A DNA stretch of 64,000 nt from Amoebophrya sp. A120. Its lineage: Eukaryota; Protista; Dinoflagellata. The stretch spans positions 458,914-522,913 of the forward strand of contig CAJINV010000023.1 of NCBI GenBank assembly GCA_905178155.1. The letters are read 5' to 3'. The position numbers and the translations under genes were made by a program. Of this stretch, positions 37,997 to 52,300 are shown piece after piece (the first letter of the stretch is position 1; each line of letters starts with the position of its first letter). A model generated the notes under the pieces. That model saw only the letters and a list, made by a program, of their open reading frames with translations. It made no database searches and had not been told where the DNA came from.

Positions 37997-38472
37997 TCAC
38001 TTGACGGAAGTTTAATATTTGTTCTCCTGGAGGCCAGAGACTAGATTGCGCAGTGCAAGAAAGATATAAAGCGATTCGGTTCAATACGTAGACGTGAGGT
38101 CACACACGAACGTTTTAATCTAGCGGCTTTTTTGCCATGCATCGTGAAAAACGACTGGCAGTAGTTTTCAAGCGGCCGGAAGTTGTGTTTTTACACATCA
38201 TAAAAAAATAATTTGCGCTTATCAAGTGGCCGGGGCTGCGCCGGGGCAGGCAAAAGAGGCGCCCTTCTGAGGCGCCCACCGCTGTGGTTTCTGGCGGTTT
38301 GGGGCGCCCAAAATAATGCCAAGACGATAGAAACCGCCCACATTTGGGCTCCGCAAAAGTCGCCAAAAAAATCGAGCATCTTACAGGCGGGCTGAAGGCA
38401 GAAGGTTATGCCTTTTTGACAAAAAAAAAAAAACCAAAAACCCGCGCCCCGCCATAAGGTAAAAAGAGCGAC

Positions 38473-38494
38473 TCCGTAGCCATTTTGGCTCAAG
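38473..38494 (+). other. Genomic copy of the dinoflagellate spliced leader (DinoSL), relict type
   Basis: TCCGTAGCCATTTTGGCTCAAG is an exact match to DCCGTAGCCATTTTGGCTCAAG. It is followed by CA rather than the GT of an SL-RNA gene and ends 106 nt before ATG 38601. Confidence 0.92.
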
Positions 38495-38600
38495 CACCAC
38501 TTCCGATAGCAGATTGGCCTTTCATGGCCATGGTCATGGGCATTGATTTAGAAACCGTTTCAAAAGCCACCCTGTTGCTAGGCCAATTTCACTCCGAAGG

Positions 38601-41600
38601 ATGGCCCTCGACGACGGCGCTGGTACAACCAGCAGACCACTGCGAGGACCACGCCCGCACCAGTCTACTTGGCTGGGCTTTTCGGTGCTAGGCATATTAA
38701 TGTATGTCTGTCGGCCGCCCTCGTGCGGGCTTGTGCGTCGGTCCGGCACCTTCGGTGCTGGGTCCATTGTATACCGCCGCCGCAGACTTGTTGCGCACCT
38801 CCAACAAGGGGCCCCAACATCTTCGACACTAAGAAGCGACTACCGGTCACTGATCTTTAACAAACAGGTCGCGCCGGCCGAGCAGGAGGTGCAGCAGAAG
38901 TTGATGCCGCGGACTTCCTCCGAGGCGGATCGTCAACAACCTCCCGAGCTGCCTTCCACTGACGGAACAACTAGCACGACCTGGGTAATGCTAATCGGGG
39001 ACAGCAACATTCGGGGAACCACGCTCCGGCTTTTGGAGCTGATCAGCCCTATCAAACGCAAAAATGTTTGGGTCTGGAAGGTGGTAACTTGTCATGCTAA
39101 ATCCGAATGATGCAAAAATCTGTGTTGCATGAGTGGCAAAGGCTGCCCACTTTCGACCAAGTTGGGAGGGAGTTTCTCACGCAGGACAGGCATGGCAGAG
39201 ACCACCTCGCAGACTCTGTCATGCTAGGCCCCGCATTCCAGACCTCATGGGTCGTGGAAAAACTGCACGACAAGTTTACACTCTTCCAGACCCAGACATA
39301 TTTTGCATTTGATCAGCCCCGACTATGTGACAAAGTGCCCTGTTTTCGATACTGACTGGTGCATCAAGGCTACCCCAGCCCAGCTCCGCGTTTGCGAGAA
39401 CCTTGGCTGGGCGATATCAAAATGCAAATAACTCCTCCGTCCTTCTATTGAAAAGGAAATCTCTGTTGCTGGACTTGTGTATACAAAGCAGCTCTGTCTT
39501 GCGGTGAGGTACTGCAGGCACAGGGTGTGCAGGAGTGGTTTGGTGTAGGCGCTTAGCATAGCAGAGGCCTGCCATGTAGCCGCAACAGCATTACAAACCG
39601 CCTGCATAGAGCGGCGCACTCTTTGGAATTGCCCTCTGCAAGAGAAACACGATTTGTGGTCACAAAGCAGCATCACAAATTTTTAGAACCATTATACCTT
39701 TTCAGTATGGGGAGGAGGGATTTTTCCTCACAATAGGCGAATTCCTGTACCGCGTGGCGAAGAACTTGCTTGTATCAAAATGAAAAATCCCCCCTCCCCA
39801 TCCTAAAAAGGGATACTCCTGAAAATTTGTGATGCTGATTTGTGACCACAAATCGTCTCTGCATTGCACGAAGGCAACTCCAGAGACTCCGCTGCGTTGT
39901 GCAGGCAATTTGTAATGCTGTATCGCCTACAGAGGACGCGCCTGCCTTGCTAGGTGCCTACACCAAAACGCCCCTCCTCAGGCTGTGCACCTGCCTGCCG
40001 TCCTCTACTGCAACACAAAGCCGATTTGTGTACACAAATCCCGCATCACAGATTTCCATTTTGATATGGGGTGGGAGGATTTTTCATTTCGATAGCTTGC
40101 GTAACACCACCGCAACTACTTCCACGGGCGAAGGAAATAACCAGGGCCAGCAGGTCGTGGAGTTGCAGAACATCTGCGGGCAGAAAGTTTGGTCTATAAC
40201 CTGCTCAGGTGTTACAATCTCAAATCGGTTACCATAGAATTACTATCTATTATATTCATGCGAAAAAAGAGGTCTACAGAGGGTCGAAGGGAGGTGGCCG
40301 AGAGGTAAAAAAGAGGTCAACAGAGGTCAAAAAGAGGTCGACAGAGGTGGAGAGGTGGCGCGGGAGGTCATTCGAGAGGGTGGCCGAGAGGGTGCGCGAG
40401 TATAGCCCGCCGAAGGACTCGCCCTAAAGCCGCGCCTATGGGGCCCGGAGGTGGCCGAGAGGGTCCCGAGAGGGTAAGCGAGAGGGGGACAGAGGTGCCG
40501 AGAGGTTGCGCGAATAAGGGCGAACCTCTCGCGCACCCTCTGGGCCACCTCTCGGCCACCTCTGAAGACCTCTACCGGCGAGTATAGCCGGATTATTAGC
40601 AACACCTCTCGGGAGAGGTGAAAAAGAGGGCCTGCGAGAGGGTTAAAAGAAGCCGAATCCGCCCGGCGCAGGGTCGATTCTTTTGGGGCTTTTTCATGCG
40701 TCGGCCCGCACCCTCTCGCGCCACCCTCTCGCGCCACCCTCTCGCGCACCCTCTCGCGCACCCTCTCGCGCACCCTCTCGCGTCACCCTCTCGCGCCACC
40801 CTCTCGCGCCACCCTCTCGCGCCACCCTCTCGCGCCATCGATCCTCTCGCACCACCCCCGCGCCCACAGATTCCGCCTGGGAATCAGATGGGCGGGCGCG
40901 GGAGAGTGATCAACAAAGGGCTGCGCGGTCCCCGTTTTGCTTCGGCACCTACGTCGCGGCGGCTTCCCTTCGCCCCCAAGCTTCCCTGCAGTTGCTCCCT
41001 GCGCATAGCGCCTAAAGGCGCGGGAAGCGCGCAGGGGCCCATGCGGGTTGACATGGCGCAAGCCGTCATGCGGCAGTACTTCCCTCGGCCTGTCACGCTG
41101 CCCCCAAAGCTCTTACGTCGCGGTCCGATCAGCAAATAGTCACACCCCAGCACAACAGCCGTGCGCTCCGGCGTTAGCCGGAGCATGGCTGGTATCTGTG
41201 ATGCAAGAAGTGCATTATCTAGCCAACTTGTCCCCTAAGATTGCGCATCACAAGTTCCGGGGTCGACGTCCCAAATAAACGCACTACAATTATCTGGCGA
41301 AATTTGTATTGCAGAAAGTGGAATGCTGGCCGAATCTGTCATGCTCATCATGCAATAAGTACAAAGTCCGGACTTTATGGTAACCGATTTGAGATTGTAA
41401 CGTCTGAGCGGGTCATATGGTCCGACGAAAATTTCTACTTCACCGGAAAACTGGCAGCAGACGCAGTTCAGCTTGGCACCCCGACGACATATCGCAAGAA
41501 AAAACTGTTTCGCTGTGAACCTGTGATGCAGAAAATGGAACACAGAACGCTTTGTCTTGCTCCATCTGCATAGAACGTTGGACTTTCACCCGTGTTTTCC

Positions 41601-44600
41601 GTTTCCCCTATGGGAAGTGCACGCATGACAAATTTTCGGTGTCATGTGTAACAAACTTGTGATGCAGATCTTGCAAAATCATCGCAGTGAAACAGTTTTG
41701 TTTTCGTGGGATACGACAAGCAGTACCAGCACGAGTAGTAGCCGGTCGACGTCGTCCATCTCCTCGGCCTCGCTCACTATCAAATGCAAAAATGTCTGGG
41801 TCTGGAAGGATGTAACTTGTGATGCGCATTTCAGAACACACAAAAATCTGTGATGCATAGGCAGCAAGGGCTGCTGTGCTCGCTTTCTGTCACCAAAATG
41901 GGGGACTTGTCATGCGGATCCGGCATTGCGGAAGCTTCGCGAAACCTGTGATGCTAGAGCTTCCATGCCAGACCTTCTGTGTCATGCAGAAACAGCATGA
42001 CTCTTCCAGACCCAGACATTTTTGCATTTGATACTCACTGTCAGTTTCCGATTCACCAAAAGTCCAGAGGCCTTATATCAGAATGAAAAATCCCCTCTAC
42101 CCGTACGCAAAGGGAGCAGATTTGTGTACGCATGATTTGTGATCACAAATCATGGTGTCATACTAGAAAGGAAGAGATGCGGTCTGCAGTGCAGGCTGGC
42201 GTGGGAAAGCGTTGCGGCTTCAGCATGAAAGGAAGCAACTGGAAACGGGAAACAGCATGACAAATTGCCTGCAAAGGAGAGAGCAACTGCGTTTCTTGGC
42301 CTTCTAGCAATACAGGTCGATTTGCGTACTCAAATACAGCAGCACAAAATTCGTTTTCGATATGGGGAGGGGGGATTTTTCCTCACAATACTTTACGCAA
42401 AAAGATGCAGCACTTTGACGAAATCGACTATCACCCGGCCTCTGCACCGACAGCATCTACGGATGCCAAGATGCCTCCGCGCCCCTACGCGATATGGCGT
42501 TCTCAACTGTTACATTCACAACTGTTACATGAATTTGTCATGCAAAAGCACCATCATCATCCTCACGATCAAGCTGCTCCGCATGACAAACTTGCGAAGG
42601 GCTAAACCGCACCTAAATCTGTGCCGAATTTGTAATGCTGCAGGTGCAACCTTCCCCCTTTCACTTCCCCCAATTTTGCATCACAAGTTCATGTAACAGT
42701 TGAGAATGTAACATTTGAGAACCCCATACGCGACACGAACGCCGTATGGAGGCGTCAGGATTGAAATCGTCAAAGTTGAAAAAGTTTGTGATGCATAAAA
42801 TGCAATCCGCAAAGTGCCTGTCTTGCAGAGTAGGCAAGGGAGGCAGATTGTAAGCCTGCAATAATTTGAGGGGTAGAACAAATAGCGCTGATAAAGTAGC
42901 ATGACAAAAGGCGTCTTCGTTACGCAAACAGCATTACAAACTGGATTTAGGAACCACCAATAAAATTTGTCATGCGCCACTTGAAACCTGGGCTCCAACT
43001 GGCATCCATTTTATGTCGATGACAAATCATTTCTTTCAACTTTGTCGATTTCAATCCTGACACTTCCATACGCCGGACCTGGTCTGGGTCACCCACGGGC
43101 TCTGGATGTTATGCATTGCAAAAGTATCGTACTAGTAGAAATCGCATTACAAATTCGGTCAGCATGACAAATGAAATTTGTCATGCTGTTTTACCTTGGT
43201 ATAGAGATTTGTAATGCATGACTGCGATTACTACGAGTACGATACTTTTGCACAGGATAGATGTCGGACAAGTACAACGAGACCACCGTATCCTGAGTAA
43301 AAACTACGTCCTCTCCTGACAGTTGTCATGCAAATGTGCAAGAGTGACAGGAATCGATTTGTAATGCGCAGCTCCTTGAGAGGCATTTCATCCAATCGCG
43401 TTTTGATGGCATTTGTAATGCTCAAAACGGGGTAAGAAAATGGCCTTCTGATGCGGGCTCCCTTGGTGCCAACAAGCACCGCACTGGAGAGAGAAACTTG
43501 TCATGCCCAGCTCCCAAAACTTGGATTGTTGCTAGATTCCCAACCTGGCTATGGGGTGGGACCTGATTCTTGCTCGCGATACACCGACTGCGCATCTTGG
43601 TTTCGCCCGATCGTGGAGGCGTTTCGGGAGCTGGAGGCGACTCCTGACTTCCGCCGTCGCGGTATCACGTGTAAAAATGTCCCCAACTACGCAGAGTTGT
43701 AATGCAAATGTGCATGCTGAAAATGTTCCTCATGCGGAGACCCATGAGAAGCAGTTTTTTTTGATGTTTTGCGATTTGTGATGCTCAAATCCGCATGGTA
43801 TGTTTGTCTGTGATGATGCTCCTGCATTAGGTAAAGACCCCTACATGGAGAGCCCAAATTTGTCATGCGCAACAGCCAAAGCCGGGCGATTTGTCTAGCA
43901 CATTTCCCTTCTTGACTCTGGGGTGGGGACGTTTTCGCTCACCATACACGGCGGGCGTGTGGTGTGGCAAACCAATCCCTTCGGCATTGAGCACAAGGGA
44001 ATCCAGGCAAGAATATCCAGGTAAAAAACTGTGTAAGTGTAACTTTGTTGTAGGAAGAGCAGCATCACAAATTGGCTTTGCATTACAGGGAAAGCCTGTC
44101 ATGCGGAGCTAGTACGTGAAAACACGTATGAAAGTGGCCCATGACGCACATCCAGCATGACAATCGTATATAGTTTTGCATTTTCTGCATCACAGATTTA
44201 CACTCACATAGTTTTTTTCTTGGATGAAGAAACGTCGATATGGAATACCAGTGTCAGCTCGAAACCATTGCAAAGCACAACTTATTACAACAAGAAGGAA
44301 GTGGTAAGCTGCCCGTCCAGACGATCTTCGGTTCAACCATGTCGCTGTGGACCTCCTGGCTCCTGGGTCGTCGTAGTTCGCAGCAGGTATCCTGAGTAAA
44401 AACGTACCCACAGCAGAGTCAGGATGGGGATTTTGCAACACAAACCTAGGAGTTTTGTGAGTCACGCATGACAAGTTGCACTCTGCAGTGTAGTGTAGGT
44501 TAGCAAGTGCATCCGCATCACAGATTCATCTGCTCATCCTGTTCACAGCATCACAAATTCCAAAACACGACTGGAAATGGCTCTCATGGGGATGCGCATT

Positions 44601-45599
44601 ACAAGTCTTCCTGTCTTGTTTGCAAATCTGCATTACAACTCTGGTGTGGGTACGTTTTTACTCAGGATAGCAGGCCGGCCCCGATCAGCAGTCTACCGCC
44701 GCAGCGGCCGGAGGTGGGCCACTAAAGTCGTTTGCGCTCTTCGACTCGTGGAGGATGATTAAAGACGGGTGTCTTTCCCTTTGGCGCCACAACTACCACT
44801 ATGACAAGACGACAGAACTCCTGATCGCGATCACCGTGCTTCGCCACCTCCTCGTCCCCCTATGAAAGTGCACAACTCCCCCTTCCCCTCATTTGTATCG
44901 CATGAACAGCAATACAAGCGTCAGCAAGAATACAGGTTTTGCATAACAAATGTGGACAGAAGTGTAGTGCTATTTGGGCTGCCAGAACTCTTCATGCAGA
45001 CACTGCCATGGGGCAAGGCGTCATAAATAAGGTATGTTGCATGACAAATGAGGGGGAGGGGGAGTTGTGCACTCTCATATCCCCAGTCGGCCAGGCAGGA
45101 CGAGCTGCTCCAGGGAAGGAATTCCGCGGCTCTACCCCGCCCTATCAAATAAAGGAAAAATCCCCCCTCCCCATATCGCAACGAAGTTTCTGATGCTGGA
45201 TTTCCGTACGCAAATCAGATTTGTCTTGCAGTAGAGGACTGCAGGCATAAGTCAAGCCTCGGTCGAGAGGTTTCGACGTAGGCACCTAGCATGACAAAAG
45301 TGGATGCTCTAAGCCCAACAGCATCACAAAACGCGGTTGGTTCTCTGGACTTGCCTTCTTGCAAGACAGACAAGATTTGAGGTCACAAATGTGCATCACA
45401 AATTTTCAGACGGATGCGTTTTCAATATGGGGAGGGGAGATTTTTCTTTACGATACGCCCGCGCCTCTGTCTTCCACCGAGGATCAGGCTTTTGCCGGAC
45501 GAACAAAAGTATGGCGTGGTCGATCGCTTTTTGCAGCAAGCCAGGTTTGCAGACATTTTGTTTCACCCCGATCCGCTGCAGTGGGTTCACAATAACTGA
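38601..45599 (+). CDS. SGNH-hydrolase-like / PC-esterase (TBL / CAS1 N-domain-like) protein, candidate glycan O-acetyltransferase or esterase
   Basis: ATG 38601; short N-terminal hydrophobic stretch WLGFSVLGILMYVC; WVMLIGDSNIR (GDS); PDLVWVTHGLW; RVVWQTNP; LFDSWRMI...NYHY; ends VHNN* (TGA 45597-45599). Frame open after removing 16 elements between 39050 and 45455. The family call rests on motifs only. Confidence 0.6.
40240..41192 (+). mobile_element. Helitron-like family H2 nested in an I introner
   Basis: A|T insertion; 5' TTACTATCTA (same as the 20185 end); 3' hairpin GCTCCGGC-GTTA-GCCGGAGC then CTGG (CTRR). Confidence 0.75.
42493..42728. mobile_element. Introner family F (TIR ~TATGGCGTTCTCAAMTGTTACATTCTCAAC)
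   Basis: TSD CGCGA. Others: 4242-4476, 16157-16337, 25986-26221. Confidence 0.9.
42745..43070. mobile_element. Introner family G (TIR TATGGARGYGTCAGGATTGAAATCG), single copy in the window
   Basis: Ends are inverted repeats (TATGGAGGCGTCAGGATTGAAATCG / CGATTTCAATCCTGACACTTCCATA). TSD CGCCG; removal restores the frame. Confidence 0.85.
44861..45079. mobile_element. Introner family H (TIR TATGARAGTGCACAACTCCCCCT), single copy
   Basis: ~35-bp TIR; TSD CCCCC/TCCCC; removal restores the frame. Confidence 0.85.
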
Positions 45600-46394
45600 T
45601 AGTTCCGATTCATTTGGAACCACGCGGGGGCACGACACAAAAGATTGAAAACGCGAAAAATCCTTTTGCGAGACAAAGATTATACTTGCTTCTTCAGATG
45701 ATCACTCTTAGTAAACCCGACGTGGAAAAAAAACCGTAGAAAGAACCTATTTCAACATCTTTCAAACAACAGAGGAGTTTTTCATGCCTCCGAGTTGATG
45801 ATAAATATCGGGTCGCTTTGTTGTGTTCATCCCCCTAAAGATTTAACACAAGATATGCCGTCGATCTTCTCAAAAAGCGGATCCTGCTCAGGAGACAATA
45901 AAGAATGCCGGAGATGTTTTGGAATCCTACCGGGCCGAGGAGATGAAATATTAGTTGCAATGACTTTATTTCTACCCTACCTCATCCGGCGAACAAGCAC
46001 AACAAGGTTGGCCTTCTTCTAAGTCGAGGAGGAGCTTCGTTGATTCTATTTTCATTTTATTTCACCTAGTTCCAACCAGTACATTTGACGAGTACAGTCT
46101 GTAGTTTTTTTAGAAAAATCAAAATATTATATAGCTCTAGCTAATATGAATAATGAAATATAGTAGTAGTACAATTAGACGCTCTTCGGCGTCTGGACGT
46201 GAAATAGTAATATCGCCGGCGTCCTAGACATCACGCCGGCGCAGTTATAGTGTGGTTGTGCTGTCAATATGTTGTAAAAAACCGGTAAGAATAAGAAAGT
46301 ACGATGTTTATCTAGAAATTCTTTCTCCGCGAGCAACGCGACGTCGTGGGTCGTGGAAATATCGAAATAAAGCAAAAGCGCAGGCCGCGGCGCC

Positions 46395-49300
46395 ATGCGG
46401 ACGATTCACGTGGTATCGTGAGAAAAAAGTGGTACAGTTACACACTTGTTGTCAATTCAGCAACACAAATTTTTTCTGCATGCGAGGGAAAACTTGCAAT
46501 GCACAGACCATATAGGCAAAACACATATGAAGAAATGAAGCTCGAAATTTATTTTTGGCATGACAGAGGTTGTCTGTCATGCTTGGCCTGCATTTTTAGA
46601 CTACGTGTGTAACTGGAACACTTTTATCTCAGGATACGTAGCACTCTGCGGCTACTACATCCTGGAGCACGCGGTGTCGCTTATTTTACTGCGGCTGAGT
46701 ATGCAAGAAAATAAAAACTGTGTAAGTCTGTGATGCAGAAAATGCAACACAGTTACACTTGTCATGCTCGACATGCATGATCGGCTCGCTTCCTATGTTG
46801 TTTCCCTTCCTATCTGCGCATCACAAGTTTTTGTTCCTGTCATGGCAGACAAACTTCTTGTGATGCTGTTTTCCCAAAAGACTAACACTAACACGACAGT
46901 TGTTTTCTTGCATACTGGGCGTGAAGGAGAAAAAAGTCGCGGTGCAGAGTGTGGTCTTGTACCAGGAGATCTATCCTGAGTAAAAACGTCCCCACACCAG
47001 AGTCAAGATCGGGATTTTGCAACACAAACCTTGAAGTTTTGGGAGCCACGCATGACAAATTGCAGGCTGTATTGTAGTGCAGTTTAGCAAGGGAAGTCGC
47101 ATTACAAATCCATCTGCTTATCCTGTTTACAGCATTACAAGTTCCAAAACACGATCGGGAATGCCTATCATGGGGATGCGCATTACAAATGCACTTGCGC
47201 TTGCGGATCTGCATGACAACTCTGGGGTGGGGACGTTTTTCAATACGATAAGATCTTCAAGGTAATCATCTGTGCCGCCGTCCTTGTCGGGCGCGCAGTT
47301 TTTTCCACCAGTCAGGACGCGCGACGCGCTCCAAGTATCATCTTCTCCCGTGCGGTGGACTTTTTGCCCCCGTTTTTGTATGCGGTGCAGAACAACATGG
47401 GCGTTTTCCTGCTCCTTTTCATTGACCCCGCCACCTTCCTAATCGGGATGCAGCAAAAAACCATCTGGGCGGCCATTTTCTCGTACTGCATTCTCAGTCG
47501 CGCGCAAACCAGGCGGCAGTGGGTCGCGCTCCTGCTCATGTACGTTGGCGTAATTGTCGTTCAGCTTCCCCAGATTCAGTCACTCAATGGAGGCAGCAGC
47601 AATAGCAATAACACCAACAAGGCACAACTACCACCAGCATCATCCTCTTCTTAACAAGTGCAAATATGTCTGGGTCTGGAAACTACTTGTGGTCCATGTC
47701 AGTGAACAGAACGCGCACTGCAATGCACCGCCAAGCATGACAGATTTTCTCGTGGCTCTGTGTTGCGTATTCCGCATGAGAAACATCGTTTTTGCATAAT
47801 AGAGAAGAGGAGGTCTTCGTGGCCACGCAACACAGAGCTCAGAGCCATGCCAAACTAGCATGAGAAATCTCGCAATTTTCCAGACATCCAGGAATATTTG
47901 CAATGCATACTTCTTCCTCGTCTGCAACGTATCGTGAGGAAAAATCGCCCCTCCCCATATCGAGACGAAGTTTCTGATGCTGGATTTCCGTACACAAATG
48001 CGCACTGTCTTGCAGTAAGGCATCGCAGCCAGATCCGCAGCGTAGGTACTGGGGGCGCTTGGGTGTAGGTGTTTAGCATTACAAATGGCTGCTCCCTAGG
48101 CCCAACAGCATGCCAAATCGCTTCCATAATGGTGCGGAAGCCTCTGCGCTTGTCTTCTTGCAAGACAGACGTGATTTGTGGCCTCAAATCAGCAACAGAA
48201 AGGCACCGCTTCGATATGGGGAGGGGGGATTTTTCCTCTCAATACAACGCCAACAACAACTACAAGTGCGGGAGAAATCACCGTCGCTGCAGAGGTGCTG
48301 TGCTTCGCGTATCAAAAGGAAAAATCCCCCCTCCCCATATCGAAACGAGGTTTCTGATGCTGGATTTCCGTACACAAATCAGATTTGTCTTGCAGTAGAG
48401 GACTGCAGGCATATGTCAAGCCCCAGTCGAGAGGTTTTGACGTAGGCGCGCCTAGCATGACAACCGTGTATGCTCTAAGCCCAACAGCATCACAAACCAC
48501 CTGCAAAACGCGGAGCGCTTTCTGGACTTGCCTTCTTGCAAGACAGACAGGATTTGAGGTCACAAATGCGCATCACAAATTTTCAGACGGATACGTTTTC
48601 GATATGGGGAGCGGGGATTCTTCCCCGGGATATCGCGGGCTTGTTCCTCACGTCCCTCGCGAACGGTCTCGCGGGCGTGTGCACTGAGAAGCTGCTCGTC
48701 GACCGCACGGTGTCCTACTGGGACAGGAACCTGAATTTTGCGGTAAGTAGCGTGATTCTGTGCGAAGTTGTATCAAAAGGAAAAATCCCCCCTCCCCATA
48801 TCAAAACGAGGTTTCTGATGCCGGATTTGCATACACAAATCAGATTTGTGTTGCTGGAGAGGTCTGCAGGCCCCTATCGAGCCTGAGGAGAGAGGTTTTT
48901 GCCTAGACGCTTAGCATGAAAAACGTCCGCTCTGTAGGCCCAACAGCATGACAAACCGCCCGGATGAAGCGGCGGCGCCTGTGGCGTTGCCTTCTTGCAA
49001 GACAGATGCGATTTGTGGTCACAAATCAGCAACACAAATTCCCGAAAACGCACCTCGTCAATATGGGGAGGAGCGGTTTTTCCTTACGATAAGTTGGCGT
49101 GGTGCTCAAGCTCGTGCTTGGGAGCTACGCAAAATCTACCAAGTGCAAAAATGTCTGGGTCTGGAAGAATGCAACTTGTGATGCTGCATTTGGATTCCAA
49201 GAAAATCTGTATTGCATGAGTACCAAAGGGAATGCAGTTTTTGCTACGCTGAGAAGGCATTTGTCATGCGGAATAGGCATCAAGAAGCCTTCAAAAAATC

Positions 49301-52300
49301 TGTATTGCTAGGGTATGCATCACAGACATCATGGCTCATGCAAAACGTGCATGACAAGTGTCAGAATCTTCCAGACCCAGACATTTTTACAGTTGATAAA
49401 ATCCGCGCCGGCGCCTTCGCTTTCGGAAATCGGCAAGCAAGTGCTCCTGCCTAGCACGGAAGGGTTCCCCTGGTACCTACTACGATGAAAAATGCCCCGT
49501 CCCCATATCAAAACGGAAATCTGTGATGCAGATTTGTGGTCACAAATCAGCTTTGTAATGCTAGAAGGCAAAAGATGCGGACTGCAGTGCTGCCACCTAG
49601 CGTGGGAAATCCTTGCTGCTCCAGCATGACAGGAGGCAACTGGAAGTGGGAAACAGCATGACAGATTGCCTGCAATTCAGGCCGCAGCTGCGTCGCTTGG
49701 CCTTCTAGCAATACAAGTCGATTTGTGTACTCAAGTACAGCATCACAAATTTCCTTTCCGATATGGGGTGGGGGCTTTTTTCACATTGATAGTGCCTCTG
49801 GCTTTCCATCCTGCTGCAGGCAAGCGGAGGGATTTGTTGCGGCCTCATCATTCGCGAGTTCAACATCGTGCAAAAGGACTTCATGAACGCCATCTCGCTC
49901 ATCCTCACGGTTCTCATCACCTATCAAAAGGAAAAATCCCCCCTCCCCATATCAAAACGAAATTTGTGATGCTGGATTTGAGTACACAAATCAGGTTTGT
50001 CTTGTAGTAGAGCACTGCAGGCACATACGAAGCCCGAGCAAGGAGGTTTTGACATAGGCGCCCAGCATGGCAAACGTCTACGCTGTAGGACCAACAGCAT
50101 CACAAACCGCCTGCATTATGCGGCGGAGCCTGTGGAGTTGCCTTCTTGCAAGACAGAGCCGATTTGTGGTCACAAATCAGCATTGCAAATTTTCTGAGGC
50201 GTGTCTTTTCGATATGGGGAGGGAACATTTTCCCTCACGATATCACCGGCATCGTGTTCCGCGACGAGATCCACTGGCTGGTGCCGTATGAACTGCAAAA
50301 GTATCGTACTTTTGTATACATTGCATTACAAATTGACTTAGCATTACAAATTAAATTTGTGATGCGGATTTGCCTATAACAAAAAGATTTGTAATGCACA
50401 AACGCGATTAGTACGTGACTGCGATACTTTTGCAGTTCATATGCCGGTGGGCGCGGTGATTGTCACCCTCGCCACGTTATGGATTGCACATATCCCTGGA
50501 TGTCGGGAAGATTGCAGCTTGTGATCTGCATTTGGAAGATTCTAAAAAAAAGTGTATTGCATGAGCAGCAAGAGGAATCAGATTTTTGCTAGTACGCGGA
50601 CAGGGCATTTGTCATGCGGGATAGGCAACATCAAGAAGCCCTCAGTAGAATATTTATATTTGTGATGCTAGCACAGACAATAAACTTGCATTCTTCCAGA
50701 CCCAGATCGATATTTGCAGTTGATGCACATGTCTGTACAAGAGCACAAGGCCTATTCATCTCGGATCCCTCTGCAGCTGCAGCCGGGGCGGCCTCGGGGA
50801 GAACAAAGAACGACAAGGTTTCTACTACTTGCTGCCGACCTTCCAGCTCGGCCTTTGCGTAGCTTTTCTGAGCGCCGTGGCGGCGATAAAATTTGCTGGC
50901 ATTTTTGAAACCAGCAGCGTCGCCGTGTTAGGATCTACTTCTTCATCTTCATCGCAACATCTGTCGTATAATAATGGGGGCAAAAGTAGTGTTGCTGATC
51001 CTCTGGCAGCAAGGCTGGTGGTATATCACCCCAGAATTATCAAAGTGCAAAAAGCCCCCACGACCCCATAGTACTCAAAAGACAATTTGTGTATGCTGGA
51101 TTTGTTTAAACACAAACGAACTCTGTATTGCAGCAAGAGCCTGTCTGCATATTCTAAGCCCATTTGGGTACTACTACGCCTCCGGCTAGCAGCTGAGCAT
51201 GAGAAACAAGTCTTTGACATAGGCGAAACGCATGACAGACTCGCTGCACAATGCGCCACATGGGTGCTGTTTGCCTGGTACGCAAGACAGAGCTGATTTG
51301 CGGCCACAAATCAGCATCGCAAATTTCCTTTTCGATATGGGCAGTAGGGGGGATTTTTCCTGACGATAAGAATCAAGAACTCGCAAGTGGTCAACAGAAG
51401 GACAGCTGCATTGATGACAGAGACAGCAGTATGCAAGGAAAAAACTGCGTAAGCGTAACTTTGTCTTGCAGATGTTGCAATACAGTCACGCTTGTCATGC
51501 TGAACATGCATCAGAGGCTATTTTCCTACGTGTTTTCGCGTACTAGCTACGCATGGCAGGTTTTCTCTGTCGTGCAAAACAAATCTGTGATGCTGTTCCT
51601 GCAAAAAAGTTACACTTACACATTTTTTTTCTTGGATAAGCAGGCAGCTCGGGCGGGGGCATCAACATCAACAACGAAGAGGCTATCAACTGCAAAAGCG
51701 TCTGGGTCTGGAAGGCTGCAACTTGTAATGCTAGCTCTCCATACCTAGGAAATCTGTATTGCATAACCAACAAAAGTCGCAGCCTCTTTTGCACAGGCAG
51801 AAACGCAGTTTCTCATGCGGATTTCCTACGAGAAAGCGTTCTCAAAAGTTGTCATGCTGTGATGCATTTGGAACTGGTTTCCAGACCCAGACATTTTTGC
51901 AATTCATAGAGGCAGCACGCGGACAACTAGTCGCACGACTAGTAGACTCTTTATCAAATGTAAAAATGTCTGGGTCTGGAAGGATGTAACTTGTGATGCT
52001 GCGTTTGGATTCCAAAAACATCTGTATTGCATGAGTACCAAAGGGAATGCAGTTTTTGCTACGCTGAGAAGGCATTTGTCATGCGGAATAGGCATCAAGA
52101 AGCCCTCAAAAAATCTGTATTGCTAGGGTATGCATCACAGACATCATGGCTCATGCAAAATGTGCATGACAAGTTTCAGAATCTTCCAGATTCAGACATT
52201 TTTACAGTTGATACTCTTCCCCACATCATGACCACCTTCATCAAGGGGGCCATAGTATCTTCGAAGTGAAAGACCAGTACGACACGGCAGGACGGTCCAG

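Noticed and set aside
38473-38560. Functional SL-RNA gene
   Set aside because: The leader is followed by CA rather than the GT donor, and it is not in a tandem SL or 5S array.
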